In this document: positions 24,838 through 44,432 of the stretch, piece by piece
Position numbering within the stretch: the stretch's first letter is position 1
Layout of the letters: the number at the start of each line of letters is the position of its first letter
Origin: Macrostomum lignano
Taxonomy: Eukaryota
Assembly: GCA_002269645.1 (NCBI GenBank)
Contig: NIVC01002192.1
Location: forward strand, 1-64,000
Direction of reading: 5' to 3'
Length of the DNA: 64,000 bases
Notes under the pieces: model-generated
The model's database searches: none
What the model saw: the letters and a program-made list of their open reading frames with translations, nothing else
What the model was told of the DNA's origin: nothing
Made by a program: the position numbers and the translations under genes

Positions 24838-25267
24838 AGTGTCGGGCTGATACAAGAGTGACAGGCTGATACGAGTATAAGAATGAAAAGCTGATATAGA
24901 GGAGTAACAGGCTGATATAGGAGTGACAGGCTGATATAAAGGAGTGACAGGCTGATATATAGGAGTGACAGGCTGACATCAGGGTGACAGATACCAGCGT
25001 GCCAATGTGTCCCGCACCCCGCAGCTCGGCCAGCTCAGCCAGGCCCTCCGAGACCGCCTGACGCAGACCGAGTCGGCCGGCAGCCAAGACGGCAGCAGCG
25101 CGGACTCAGAGCAGCTCTGGTCGACCCTGCCACGCGACAACTTCGAAGAGAAGTTGGGCGAATTCCGCGCCATCGTTGGTCCGGAGCCGTCGGACAGCGT
25201 GCTGCTGGACTTGCTGGTCACGGCCGACGGAGACCTGAACCGGGCCCTGAACTACTACCTGTCTTGA
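17136..25267 (+). CDS. Double BTB/POZ-domain protein with BACK-like segment and C-terminal UBA/CUE-like domain, 9 exons, about 839 aa
   Basis: Phase-consistent GT-AG exons: 17136-17189, 17278-17345, 18776-19103, 19869-20276, 21351-21778, 21966-22485, 23775-24047, 24492-24689, 25025-25267 (2520 nt in total). BTB1 is CDLTLRGSDG..FSCHGDV...FLHFCY. BTB2 is PDLLVTTCDERSFRVHSLVLAGRC...LLEFLYTG. The C-terminus is FRAIVG...LLVTADGDLNRALNYYLS. Confidence 0.82.
17690..18700. repeat. 25-bp intronic minisatellite (BTB gene intron 2)
   Basis: Unit gcccatgtatccccatcatatctat; it produces the spurious MPMYPHHIYAH ORFs. Confidence 0.95.
19155..19740. repeat. 30-32-bp intronic minisatellite (BTB gene intron 3)
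   Basis: Unit gtcacggagtggtatttccccagcctctatga. Confidence 0.92.
20318..21335. repeat. About 29-bp intronic minisatellite (BTB gene intron 4)
   Basis: Unit gagccagttagtcactgaatccgccccct. Confidence 0.95.
22505..23585. repeat. 24-bp intronic minisatellite with 432-bp higher-order repeat (BTB gene intron 6)
   Basis: Unit gattgttgctagggcctctggatgtga-like. Identical ORF translations start at 22912 and 23344 (432 bp = 18 units). Confidence 0.93.
24710..24985. repeat. Degenerate gtgacaggctgat repeat plus (AT)n (BTB gene intron 8)
   Basis: Repeated gagtgacaggctgat motifs and an (AT)n tract at about 24806-24835. Confidence 0.8.
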
Positions 25268-26160
25268 ACCACTTCCTGTCCTGAACTACTTACTACCTGA
25301 CCTGAACTATTACCTGTCCTGAACTATTACCTGTCCTGAACTATTACCTGTCCTGAACTATTACCTGTCCTGAACTACTTACTACCTGACCTGAACTATT
25401 ACCTGTCCTGAACTATTACCTGTCCTGAACTATTACCTGTCCTGAACTACTACCTGTCCTGAACTACTACCTGTCCTGATCTATTACCTGTCCTGATCTA
25501 TTACCTGTCCTGATCTATTACCTGTCCTGAACTACTACCTGTCCTGAACTATTACCTGTCCTGATCTATTACCTGTCCTGAACTATTACCTGTCCTGATC
25601 TATTACCTGTCCTGATCTATTACCTGTCCTGATCTATTACCTGTCCTGATCTATTACCTGTCCTGAACTATTACCTGTCCTGAACTACTACCTGTCCTGA
25701 ACTATTACCTGTCCTGAACTACTACCTGTCCTGATCTATTACCTGTCCTAATCTATTACCTGTCCTGATCTATTACCTGTCCTGATCTATTACCTGTCCT
25801 GATCTATTACCTGTCCTGATCTATTACCTGTCCTGAACTATTACCTGTCCTGATCTATTACCTGTCCTGAACTATTACCTGTCCTGATCTATTACCTGTC
25901 CTGAACTATTACCTGTCCTGATCTATTACCTGTCCTGATCTATTACCTGTCCTGATCTATTACCTGTCCTGAACCACTTCCTGTCCTGATCTATTACCTG
26001 TCCTGATCTATTACCTGTCCTGAACCACTTCCTGTCCTGATCTATTACCTGTCCTGAACCACTTCCTGTCCTGATCTATTACCTGTCCTGAACCACTTTC
26101 TGTCCTGATCTATTACCTGTCCTGAACCAGTTCCTGTCCTGATCCGGGTCCTGGACTACT
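25268..26160. repeat. 17-bp minisatellite immediately after the BTB gene stop codon
   Basis: The unit ctgaactattacctgtc matches the last codons of the CDS (ctgaactactacctgtc-ttga). Confidence 0.95.
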
Positions 26161-27465
26161 TCTACCTGTCCTGAGACCGCCTCCTGTTTCTCATCGCCTT
26201 TTCATAGAATTGATTGCTGTTTGGAATATTTCCCACGTGGCTTCGCCAAGCTATCTTTTGTGCGCGCCTGTTGTACTTTCATAATTATGTGTACTTTTAT
26301 AGACATATTCTGAGGCATAATGAGCGCAGCTGTCTGCGCGACAATGAAGCTCTTTCCAATAGAAGCTGCGCGATCCATTGCTGGTTTTATTGGTGATTAA
26401 AGCAAGCCCCACGCCTACCGGTGCGCAACTTGGTGACGGGTGAGAAAATTTGGCCTGTCATTTGCTATTTATGCTACTTGTAAGTAACAGATGCTGCAAA
26501 TTGTTTTGTTGCTGCGGGCGGTTTGGCTTCTTAAGCACTGGCCAGTTCTCGGGCTTCTGCCGTGCAAATCAATTCTATTTTTGTGATATGGGAAATCTTG
26601 TTTTCTGATCTGTCTGGCAAAGAATTGCTTATATTCTGGAGTCCACATCGAGTAATGCGTTCTGATTCTGATGTACTTTCTGATTAATCCCTGGCTAGTA
26701 TTTTCGCAGTTGCTTGAGCCTTTTTCTGTAGAATCTCGTCAGTCGGATCTCTAGGTGATGCTTGATATGATGCCTAATATCTACCTGAGTTTGCCAGTAC
26801 CAATGCGGACCCAAATCTCTATACACTTATTTTTGCTGCTATCCAGTGCGTCTGTAAGCATGCTTTGTAACTGCTGCAATATTATAATATAATGCTTATT
26901 GTGTCAGATACTGTATAGCTCTGCTCTCAACAACACAGACCTTACTACCGATTTTGTTTTATTCTTATTTTATTTTACCCGTGTTAAGTGGCTGCCAGTT
27001 TCTCGATTGATAGAAGTCATTCTCCCAGCAATGTTAAGGGCTATTTTCATTGACGTATTTTGAAGTAATACGAATTAAACATTTGAACTTCTCGAGTAAA
27101 GAAGTTCTTATGGCAAACTGCTGCAAATAGAAGTGGCCTTAAAACCCTAACAGAATTAGGCTAAAAATAGAATGGTAGAAGATCGTTAAGGTACTTTTCT
27201 CGGGCCCAATATTATACGAGGCAGTACGGGGCAAATATTTCCTAGTCAAGCTCTCAGCGAAAATAATTTTGAGCAAAAAAAATTCTGAAGGTCATTCATG
27301 GAGTAGAAAGAAATAAGGGATAAAAAAATCTGGATTGATTCTGGTTCTAGTATCGATAAGTACTAGCAATCTACGCCCCCGTTGGGGAGCCAAAGAAATG
27401 CAATACACGTTTTTTAATAAGCTACATGTAGCCTTGAAATCTTAAAAAATCTCCTGTCAAACTTT

Positions 27466-27730
27466 TAACCCTAACCCTAACCCTAACCATAACCCTAAAT
27501 TTAATATTTTGTTCATGATTTTTTGCATGACGCTTCCATTATTTTTTGCATGACGCTTGCATGATTTTTCACATGACGCTTCCATTATTTTTGCATGACG
27601 CTTCTATGATAAACATTTTTAATAAGCTACATGAGCTAATAAGCTACCCTAACCCAAATCTTAACGCTATAACCCTAAACCTAACGCTAAACCTAAACCC
27701 TAACACCAACTCTAACACTAACCCTACAGC
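27466..27730. repeat. Short interstitial (TAACCC)n telomere-like tracts with local degenerate duplications
   Basis: taaccctaaccctaaccctaaccataaccc at 27466-27498 and degenerate copies at about 27646-27727. A ttttgcatgacgctt motif is repeated between them. Confidence 0.7.
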
Positions 27731-29275
27731 CTGACATCTACATAAGTTTGTGAAGCGCTAGTAGTATTTTTTAGCTTAGTATCTTAGCGTTGGGGAGCCA
27801 AAAATGCAGTACAAGTTTTGTAATAAACTAGTAGTTTTAAAAGTAAAAAGTAAAATAAAAGTAGATTTTAAGTACGAAAGTCCTTATTGTGTAAGGTAAT
27901 TATAATATTTTGTTTATACACACTAGAAAGATTGTACATTTTTAACTTATACAGTTTCTTCGAAACGCATAATTGAGCAGCAATTAAAATAATTAGTCAA
28001 CTACCCGACGAGGAATAATTGGCTAGCTAGTTACTCATGAGTCATATCCAACTAAAACTGGCCATTTTAACTGGAAAAGCTAGATAGGCAACTCACTTCA
28101 TCCAGTTGATACTACCTATTCTTTCTTCATTTAACTCGTATTGAAGGACTTATTTATCTAGCTCCAGTTTCTAAACTGAATAGAAACCTGGCAGATAAAT
28201 TACTTCTTGTTATACATAAAAATGATTTTCGGATGAAATTTTATTGATGCATTACTAAACTATTTTACCCTCATACTCTACAATTGCTCAGATTTGTTGA
28301 GTAGGTATAACATATTTTATAACAACTTGCTTAACTTTTGCACTCCATGTCTTTTTATTGCACTTTCATTTATTTTGTTAGCTTAATATTTTTTGCTTTG
28401 CAATCTTATAATGTACCTTTATTGTTAAATTTTGCTATAATGCTTAAACCTTCATATAATATAAGACCAAATTTCATTATATAGCCATAGGCAATAGTTA
28501 GATAGAGTTTAATATTTTAATATTGTTATTTTTTCTAGAATTTATGTTAGCATTAGTATAGGATAGGCCCTAGGATTTTTCATAGTTACCAAATATGTAG
28601 CATATGTATCATTATAATACTATTGATTTCAAAATATATATAGTTACATTTATATTTTATCCAGTAATTTACTTTATGATCTCTTATGTAGAAAATATAC
28701 TTAGCAACATAGAAAAGTTGCCATCATAGAAGATTTTATCTGTGGTTGCAACTTAGCAACACCATATTATGAATATGGTAGACTTGAGTTAAGAGATAAA
28801 GTGGAGTGGTGTGCAAGGGTTAGATGGATTAAAGCTACCCCAATCAGTTTTCTTGTATCTTTTTTAGAATAGTCTAAGAGAAATTGTTTATTTGTACATA
28901 GTGTGGCAAATTTTCGATGTTGCTAAGTATACTTTTATATCAAAAAGGAAATGCTTGTAGAAAAGTTTTGGATTATTTAAAGCCTGCTTGTTATTATTTT
29001 ATTGCATAAAAATATCATATTTAATTATTTAGGCCTAGAAAGTGTATATAATAAAAATTATTATAATCATTTAATATTTGATAGTATAGTGGTCAATAGT
29101 ATGTAGCTTTTTATTTTAGAATATTTTATAATAATAATAGTTTTTAACCTAGCCATCAATCACATTTTAATCTGTCATGGATTTGACATTTTCTAGCTTT
29201 TATTTTATTTTGAATTACTTTTATGAAATAAATCTTAACATCCTCAATATCCCTCAGACAGCAGCATCCCAAGAG

Positions 29276-37321
<8,046 letters not shown>

Positions 37322-37323
<2 letters not shown>

Positions 37324-38782
37324 CTGTTGTGACTGGGTCATGGCCCTCCCACACTGTTGTGACTGGGTCATGGCCTCCCACACTGTTTTGACTGGGTCAT
37401 GGCCCTCCCACACTGTTGTGACTGGGTCATGGCCTCCCACACTGTTTTGAATGGGTCATGGCCCTCCCACACTGTTGTGACTGGGTCATGGCCCTCCCAC
37501 ACTGTTGTGACTGGGTCATGGCCTCCCACACTGTTTTGAATGGGTCATGGCCCTCCCACACTGTTGTGACTGGGTCATGGCCCTCCCACACTGTTTTGAC
37601 TGGGTCATGGCCTCCCACACTGTTGTGACTGGGTCATGGCCCTCCCACACTGTTGTGACTGGGTCATGGCCTCCCACACTGTTGTGACTGGGTCATGGCC
37701 CTCCCACACTGTTGTGACTGGGTCATGGCCCTCCCACACTGTTGTGACTGGGTCATGGCCTCCCACACTGTTTTGAATGGGTCATGGCCCTCCCACACTG
37801 TTGTGACTGGGTCATGGCCCTCCCACACTGTTGTGACTGGGTCATGGCCTCCCACACTGTTTTGAATGGGTCATGGCCCTCCCACACTGTTGTGACTGGG
37901 TCATGGCCCTCCCACACTGTTTTGACTGGGTCATGGCCTCCCACACTGTTGTGACTGGGTCATGGCCCTCCCACACTGTTGTGACTGGGTCATGGCCCTC
38001 CCACACTGTTGTGACTGGGTCATGGCCTCCCACACTGTTGTGACTGGGTCATGGCCTCCCACACTGTTGTGACTGGGTCATGGCCTCCCACACTGTTTTG
38101 ACTGGGTCATGGCCTCCCACAATGTTTTGAGCGGTTCATGGCCTCCCACACTGTTGTGACTGGGTCATGGCCTCCCACACTGTTTTGACTGGGTCATGGC
38201 CCTCCCACACTGTTGTGACTGGGTCATGGCCCTCCCACACTGTTGTGACTGGGTCATGGCCTCCCACACTGTTTTGACTGGGTCATGGCCTCCCACACTG
38301 TTTTGAGTGGGTCATGGCCTCCCACACTGTTGTGACTGGGTCATGGCCTCCCACACTGTTTTGACTGGGTCATGGCCTCCCACAATGTTTTGAGCGGTTC
38401 ATGGCCTCCCACACTGTTGTGACGGGGTCATGGCCTCCCACACTGTTTTGACTGGGTCATGGCCCTCCCACACTGTTGTGACTGGGTCATGGCCCTCCCA
38501 CACTGTTGTGACTGGGTCATGGCCTCCCACACTGTTTTGACTGGGTCATGGCCTCCCACACTGTTTTGAGTGGGTCATGGCCTCCCACACTGTTGTGACG
38601 GGGTCATGGCCTCCCACACTGTTGTGACGGGGTCATGGCCTCCCACACTGTTTTGACTGGGTCATGGCCCTCCCACACTGTTGTGACTGGGTCATGGCCT
38701 CCCACACTGTTTTGACTGGGTCATGGCCCTCCCATACTGTTTTGACTGGGTCATGGCCTCCCACACTGTTTTGACTGTGTCA
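37322..38782. repeat. 29/30-bp minisatellite beginning at the ATP2C1 stop codon
   Basis: Unit ctgttgtgactgggtcatggc(c)ctcccaca, with local 89-bp (30+30+29) periodicity. Confidence 0.95.
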
Positions 38783-39584
38783 TGGAGATATTTTGGCGAG
38801 TTCGTGGCCTTAGTTGGCCCCTTGGTTCGGGCCATGACCCAGTTTTTGCTATATTAAATATTATTAAATGTGCTGTTTTCAAAATATTTTAATTCTCCAT
38901 AATTTCACTCAGCCCCTGCCCTGCTATGCAGCCAGGAATTGCATCGATTTTCGCACGTTTTTTTCGAATCAAAATTTTCAGTACATCTGCACTTTTATTC
39001 CACAGCCAGTCTTCCATGTTTATTGCCTGTCCTGCATAATAAAACTGCTGCTGCTTTTACAGCAAATATTTACAGCTATTTACAGCTGTCCTGCATGCCT
39101 GTCTATTTATACCATTGTTGCTATGCTCAACTCTTTGTCTCGGTGGCTGCTTTCTGCTTGCCAATAAATAACACGCTGAGTAGTTCTTTGAGTCGGGTCC
39201 GGGACAGCTCTGTCAGGTCGGAGCAATCGATCGACCGTGTACTTTATAGATGTAGTGCGCCCAGGCTCCGGCCGTGCTAGTCACCTGTACTTTTATTTTT
39301 CTACACAGGGCATGATGCATTTTTTATATTCAATTGTTTATTAATGATTATGGAAAGTTCTCACTGTACTTTGTTGGTGTCTGTGCATGCCGGGCTGCGC
39401 GCCGTGTTTGGCCGCAAAATTTCTGCTATTCTCATAATATACAGTGGATATTGAGCATGCTTTGATGCTGCACTGGGACTTCATCTGATTTCAAGTTGTT
39501 TGAGTCATTTCTCATGGGGTTTGAGACCACGGGCTCTTAGCGATTGTTCATTTACTTTCTGGGGGAATAGTATAGTGAGCTTCT

Positions 39585-39900
39585 GTTGCAGTTTCTATGC
39601 GGTTTTTATGCAATTGCTGTGTAGTTTCTATGCAATTGCTGTGTAGTTTCTATGCAGTTGCTGTGTAGTTTCTATGCAGTTGTTGTGTAGTTTCTATGCA
39701 GTTGTTGTGTAGTTTCTATGCAGTTGCTATGAAGTTTCTATGCAATTGCTGTGTAGTTTCTATGCATTTGCTTTGTTCTCGTATTTTATATGCAGTTCGT
39801 TGCCAAGCCGCTTTTGAGATTACTATGCAAATGCTAAACCGTTTTTATGAGGTTACTATGCAGTTGCTAAGCAGTTTCTACGAGGTTACTATGCAGTTGC
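39585..39900. repeat. Degenerate 22-bp repeat upstream of RABGGTB
   Basis: Unit gtgtagtttctatgcagttgct, decaying towards 39900. Confidence 0.8.
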
Positions 39901-39944
39901 TTACACAAGCGTTGCCATCCGAACGCGCCCGCAAATTTCCGCAG

Positions 39945-41971
39945 CATCGCCCAGCCACCGACATTTCCCTGCCGGCGGACGCGCCGAAGCAGCTGCTGCC
40001 GGAGAAGCACGCCGACTTCCTGTTGCAGTACTGCAGCAGCCAGGACAACTACGAGTACGTCATGACCGAGTACCTGCGCATGTCCGGCCTCTACTGGACC
40101 GCCAGCGCCCTGGACCTCCTTGGCCGCCTGCCCGACCTGCGACAGCGGATGGACGCCGCCGCCTTCTTGCGGGACTGCGCCAGGCCGATGGCGGCTACGG
40201 GCCGGCGCCCGGACACGACAGCCACCTGCTGTACACCCTGAGCGCCGTGCAGGTGAGCAGGTGAGGGTGCGGCGGAATGGGTGCGGCTGGGGTGTCAGGT
40301 TAGGACTGGGGTGTCAGGTTAGGACTGGGGTGTCAGGTTGGGACTGGGGTGTCAGGTTGGGACTGGGGTGTCAGGTTGTGACTGGAGTGTCAGGTTAGGA
40401 CTGGGGTGTCAGGTTGGGACTGGGGTGTCAGGTTGTGACTGGAGTGTCAGGTTAGGACTGGGAAGTCAGGCTAGGACTGGGGTGTCAGCCTGGGACTGGG
40501 TGTCAGGTTGGGACTGGGGTGTCAGGTTGGGACTGGGGTTTTCGTTGTGTCAGGATGGGACTGGGGTGTCAGGTTGGGACTGGGGTTTCGGGGTGTCAGG
40601 ATGGGACAGGGGTGTCAGGTTGGGACTGGGGTACGAGTATAAGGTTGGGACTGGGGTGTCAGCCTGGGACTGGGGTGTCAGGCTAGGACTGGGGTGTCAG
40701 CCTGGGACTGGGGTGTCAGCCTGGGACTGGGGTGTCAGCCTGGGACTGGGGTGTCAGCCTGGGACTGGGGTGTCAGCCTGGGACTGGGGTGTCAGGTTGG
40801 GACTGGGGTGTCAGGCTGGGACTGGGGTGTCAGGACGAAATTTGGGATGTCAGGATTGGGATCTTGTCTCACACAATTGTCAGCTCCAGCCCTCCGCCTA
40901 CCCCAGGTGGCTCTGCTGTTCGACCTGCGGGACTCCCTGGACGCCGGGGCCATCGCGGGCTTCGTCCGCGGCCTGCAGCGGCCTGACGGCAGCTTCCAGG
41001 GCGACCGGTGGGGCGAGGTGGACACCCGCTTCAGCTTCTGCGCGCTGGCCGCGCTGTTCCTGCTGGGGCTGGGCGACCGCCTCGACGACCTTGTCGACGC
41101 TCGCGCCGCAGGCGACTTCGTGCTGACCTGCGCCAACTGGGACGGCGGCTTCGGCACCCGGCCGGGCAGCGAGTCGCATTCCGGACAGGTGCGGATCTTG
41201 CCTGGCTACTCACAGTAGGCAGTGCAGTGTCCCAGCTACTCACAGTAGGCAGTGCAGTGTCCCAGCTACTCACAGTAGGCAGTGCAGTGTCCCAGCTACT
41301 CACATTAGGCAGTGCAGTGTCCCAGCTACTCACAGTAGGCAGTGCAGTGTCCCAGCTACTCACAGTAGGCAGTGCAGTGTCCCAGCTACTCACAGTAGGC
41401 AGTGCAGTGTCCCATCCCAGCTACTCACAGTAGGCAGTGCAGTGTCCCATCTCAGCTACTCACAGTAGGCAGTGCAGTGTTCCAGCTACTCACAGTAGGC
41501 AGTGCAGTGTCCCAGCTACTCACCGCAGGCGCCCGCCCGCAGGTGTACTGCTGCATCGGCGCGCTGTCCATCCTGGGCCGCCTGCACGAGCTGGACGTGG
41601 ACCGCACGGCGCTGTGGCTGGCGGAGCGGCAGCTGGCAAGCGGAGGGCTGAACGGCCGGCCGGAGAAGCTCCCGGATGTGTGCTACTCCTGGTGGGTGCT
41701 GGCCTCCCTGGCCATGCTCGGCCGGCTGTCCTGGATCTCCGGCGAGCGGCTGCTGCGCTTCGTGTGCGCGGCGCAGGACCCGGAGGCTGGCGGCATCGCC
41801 GACCGGCCCGGCGACCTCTGCGACCCCTTCCACACCCTGTTCGGCCTGGCCGGCGCTTCCCTCCTGCGGCTGGGCGGTGACTCGCTGAAGGCCATCAACC
41901 CGACTTTCTGCCTGCCAGTTGACTGTCTGGACAGGCACGGACTGCGGCTGCCGCTCTGGACTGGCGACTGA
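39945..41971 (+). CDS. RABGGTB: Rab geranylgeranyltransferase (GGTase-II) beta subunit; initiator Met not adjacent in the genome; 1-nt frameshift in the first exon
   Basis: Exons 39945-40252, 40907-41188 and 41543-41971. Motifs: [86 protein letters not shown]. The first exon is 308 nt where 309 are needed; the missing base is at about 40185-40186 (agg cc gat ggc). Confidence 0.93.
40285..40860. repeat. 19-bp G-rich intronic minisatellite (RABGGTB)
   Basis: Unit ggactggggtgtcaggttg. Confidence 0.93.
41205..41525. repeat. 30-bp intronic minisatellite (RABGGTB)
   Basis: Unit ctactcacagtaggcagtgcagtgtcccag. Confidence 0.95.
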
Positions 41972-41972
41972 C

Positions 41973-42205
41973 CGTGTGGGACTGGCGTATAGGGACTGGC
42001 GTGTGGGACTAGCGTGTGGGACTGGCGTGTGGGACTGGCGTGTGGGGACTGGCATGTGGGGACTGGCGTGTGGGACTGGCATGTGGGGACTGGCGTGTGG
42101 GACTGGCGTGTGGGGACTGGAGTGTGGGACTGGCGTGTGGGACTGGCGTGTGGGGACTGGAGTGTGGGACTGGAGTGTGGGACTGGCGTGTGGGACTGGC
42201 GTTGT
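41973..42205. repeat. 13/14-bp G-rich repeat directly after the RABGGTB stop
   Basis: Unit gtgtgggactggc resembles the last codons tggactggcgactga. Confidence 0.9.
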
Positions 42206-42729
42206 GGCATTATGGATGAGTGTGGGACGATGCATACGAGGGTGTGGGATGATGGCCTTAAAGTCTGGGAATCGGGGATGATGATTGTGCGGCTATAAGC
42301 ACTATACATAGGGTCAGTGTGGTCGCACCGGAAGTGACCTTCATAACAAATAATTATTTTGCATTCCGCTGCTTAAATACGCTGTCCTCCGCTTGTCCCT
42401 GCATGCTGTGCCCGATTTGCTAAACAATTTCTACTGCTAGTAATGATAAATATATGAACAAATAGCAAGCATAACTACTGTGTAAGTAAGTAGTCTGTGC
42501 AATCATATGACTCTTGGTTGTCTCGCATTATCGATTTTGTTTTTAAGTGCTGCAACTTGCAACTTTTTCGTACATCCGTAATCTGGAGAAGTCTGCCAGA
42601 TGCTGTTTTTTCAGGAACTTCCTAAGCTTCCCAAATCAAATGCGAGTGAAGTTGCCATATTTACAATTTTGCCAGTTCAAATCTTCCAATCCTACTCGCA
42701 CTTCTTAAGGCCTACTTGATAACACGGCT

Positions 42730-43269
42730 GGTGCTCCGCTCGCTTCAGGTATTCAGTGCTGAGCCTTCAGTGACAGGTGCTCCGCTCGCTTCAGGTATTC
42801 AGTGCTGAGCCTTCAGTGACAGGTGCTCCGCTCGCCTCAGGTATTCAGTGCTGAGCCTTCAGTGACAGGTGCTCCGCTCGCTTCAGGTATTCAGTGCTGA
42901 GCCTTCAGTGACAGGTGCTCCGCTCGCTTCAGGTATTCAGTGCTGAGCCTTCAGTGACAGGTGCTCCGCTCGCTTCAGGTATTCAGTGCTGAGCCTTCAG
43001 TGACAGGTGCTCCGCTCGCTTCAGGTATTCAGTGCTGAGCCTTCAGTGACAGGTGCTCCGCTCGCTTCAGGTATTCAGTGCTGAGCCTTCAGTGACAGGT
43101 GCTCCGCTCGCCTCAGGTATTCAGTGCTGAGCCTTCAGTGACAGGTGCTCCGCTCGCTTCAGGTATTCAGTGCTGAGCCTTCAGTGACAGGTGCTCCGCT
43201 CGCCTCAGGTATTCAGTGCTGAGCCTTCAGTGACAAGTGCTCCACTCGCCTCAGGTATTCAGTGCTGAG
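42730..43269. repeat. 46-bp tandem repeat, about 11-12 near-identical copies
   Basis: Unit ggtgctccgctcgcttcaggtattcagtgctgagccttcagtgaca. Confidence 0.95.
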
Positions 43270-44432
43270 TGTCGCCTGTGTGCGCGCATAGCATTGCCCT
43301 GGCAACCCGAGACCTGGCAGTGACAGCAGTTAACAGCAACACACAGATAGGCAAATTCAAATGTGCCCGCTTTTAAATAAAAGTAGCGCCACGCTCCTGC
43401 CCCAAAGCTGCTTCTTTACAGTGACCTGCCTATCTGCCTTCCTACTTGTCTGCCAACCTTACCTGCCCGCCAGCTTACCTGTCTGCTCAGACTAACCGAG
43501 TCAAAGGTAATCCCAACATTCTTTATTCTATTGCAACTTTAGCTTTTGACCAAACGGGCTGAGATGATAACTTGCCGGTCGAGTCGGTCAGAAACATCGA
43601 AACATCCCATCCAGGTCCCCTTGGACTTCTTTGGAATAAACGGGGATAAAATGGGGATTTCACGAGAACTCACCGCTTAAGCTCCACGGCCAAGGTAGCA
43701 AACTTTCACTGAGTATTGAAGATGTGCTAAAAGTACATTATGCAACGCCAGCCAATTGGATAGACGACGCAAATACAAACATAGCATTTGCTCCAATTGT
43801 TCCAATGCGATGGGCCATGACTGAGGAATTCTTATAGCAGGCCAGCTTCCCATAGCAGTGCCAGCTTCCCATAGCAGTGCCAGCTTCTTATAGCAGTTCC
43901 AGCTTCTAGCAGTGCCAGCTAATTCCCATAGCAACAACGGCATCCATTAGCAGTGCCGCCACTCACTCTGCTCCGGTTTCTACTCAATGCTTAATGCGCG
44001 CGCACCTCTGACTCTCGGGGAAAAAACCCGGGTTAGATTTATTTTTTGACCGCACTGATTCGGTGGTTGTGCGCAAGATTTCACCTGGGGCTCGAGCGAT
44101 TCTCACACATGATTGCCAAACCCCACGGCACCGTGGTGCAGCTTGACAATGAAAAAGTCAGGACCGCTGTGCACCCTTTGTGACTTTGAGTTTGTGTGCG
44201 AGCTCAGGGGTCAGCAGAATGTACATGACTGCTGGCTTTCTTGCCGGCCTCTGATCGACTGCAGCCTTGATTAGTGTCAGTTCTAAAGCCACTTTTGATG
44301 CATTTCCAAATCTCACTGCTTTTTCCTCTATGTCAAAGTAAATTCAATGAAAAGCCCCTTCTCAAACATCACAAACCCAAACACGGACGAATTTCAGGTG
44401 TGTTCAACTCGACTGACGCTCAATTCTTTCCG

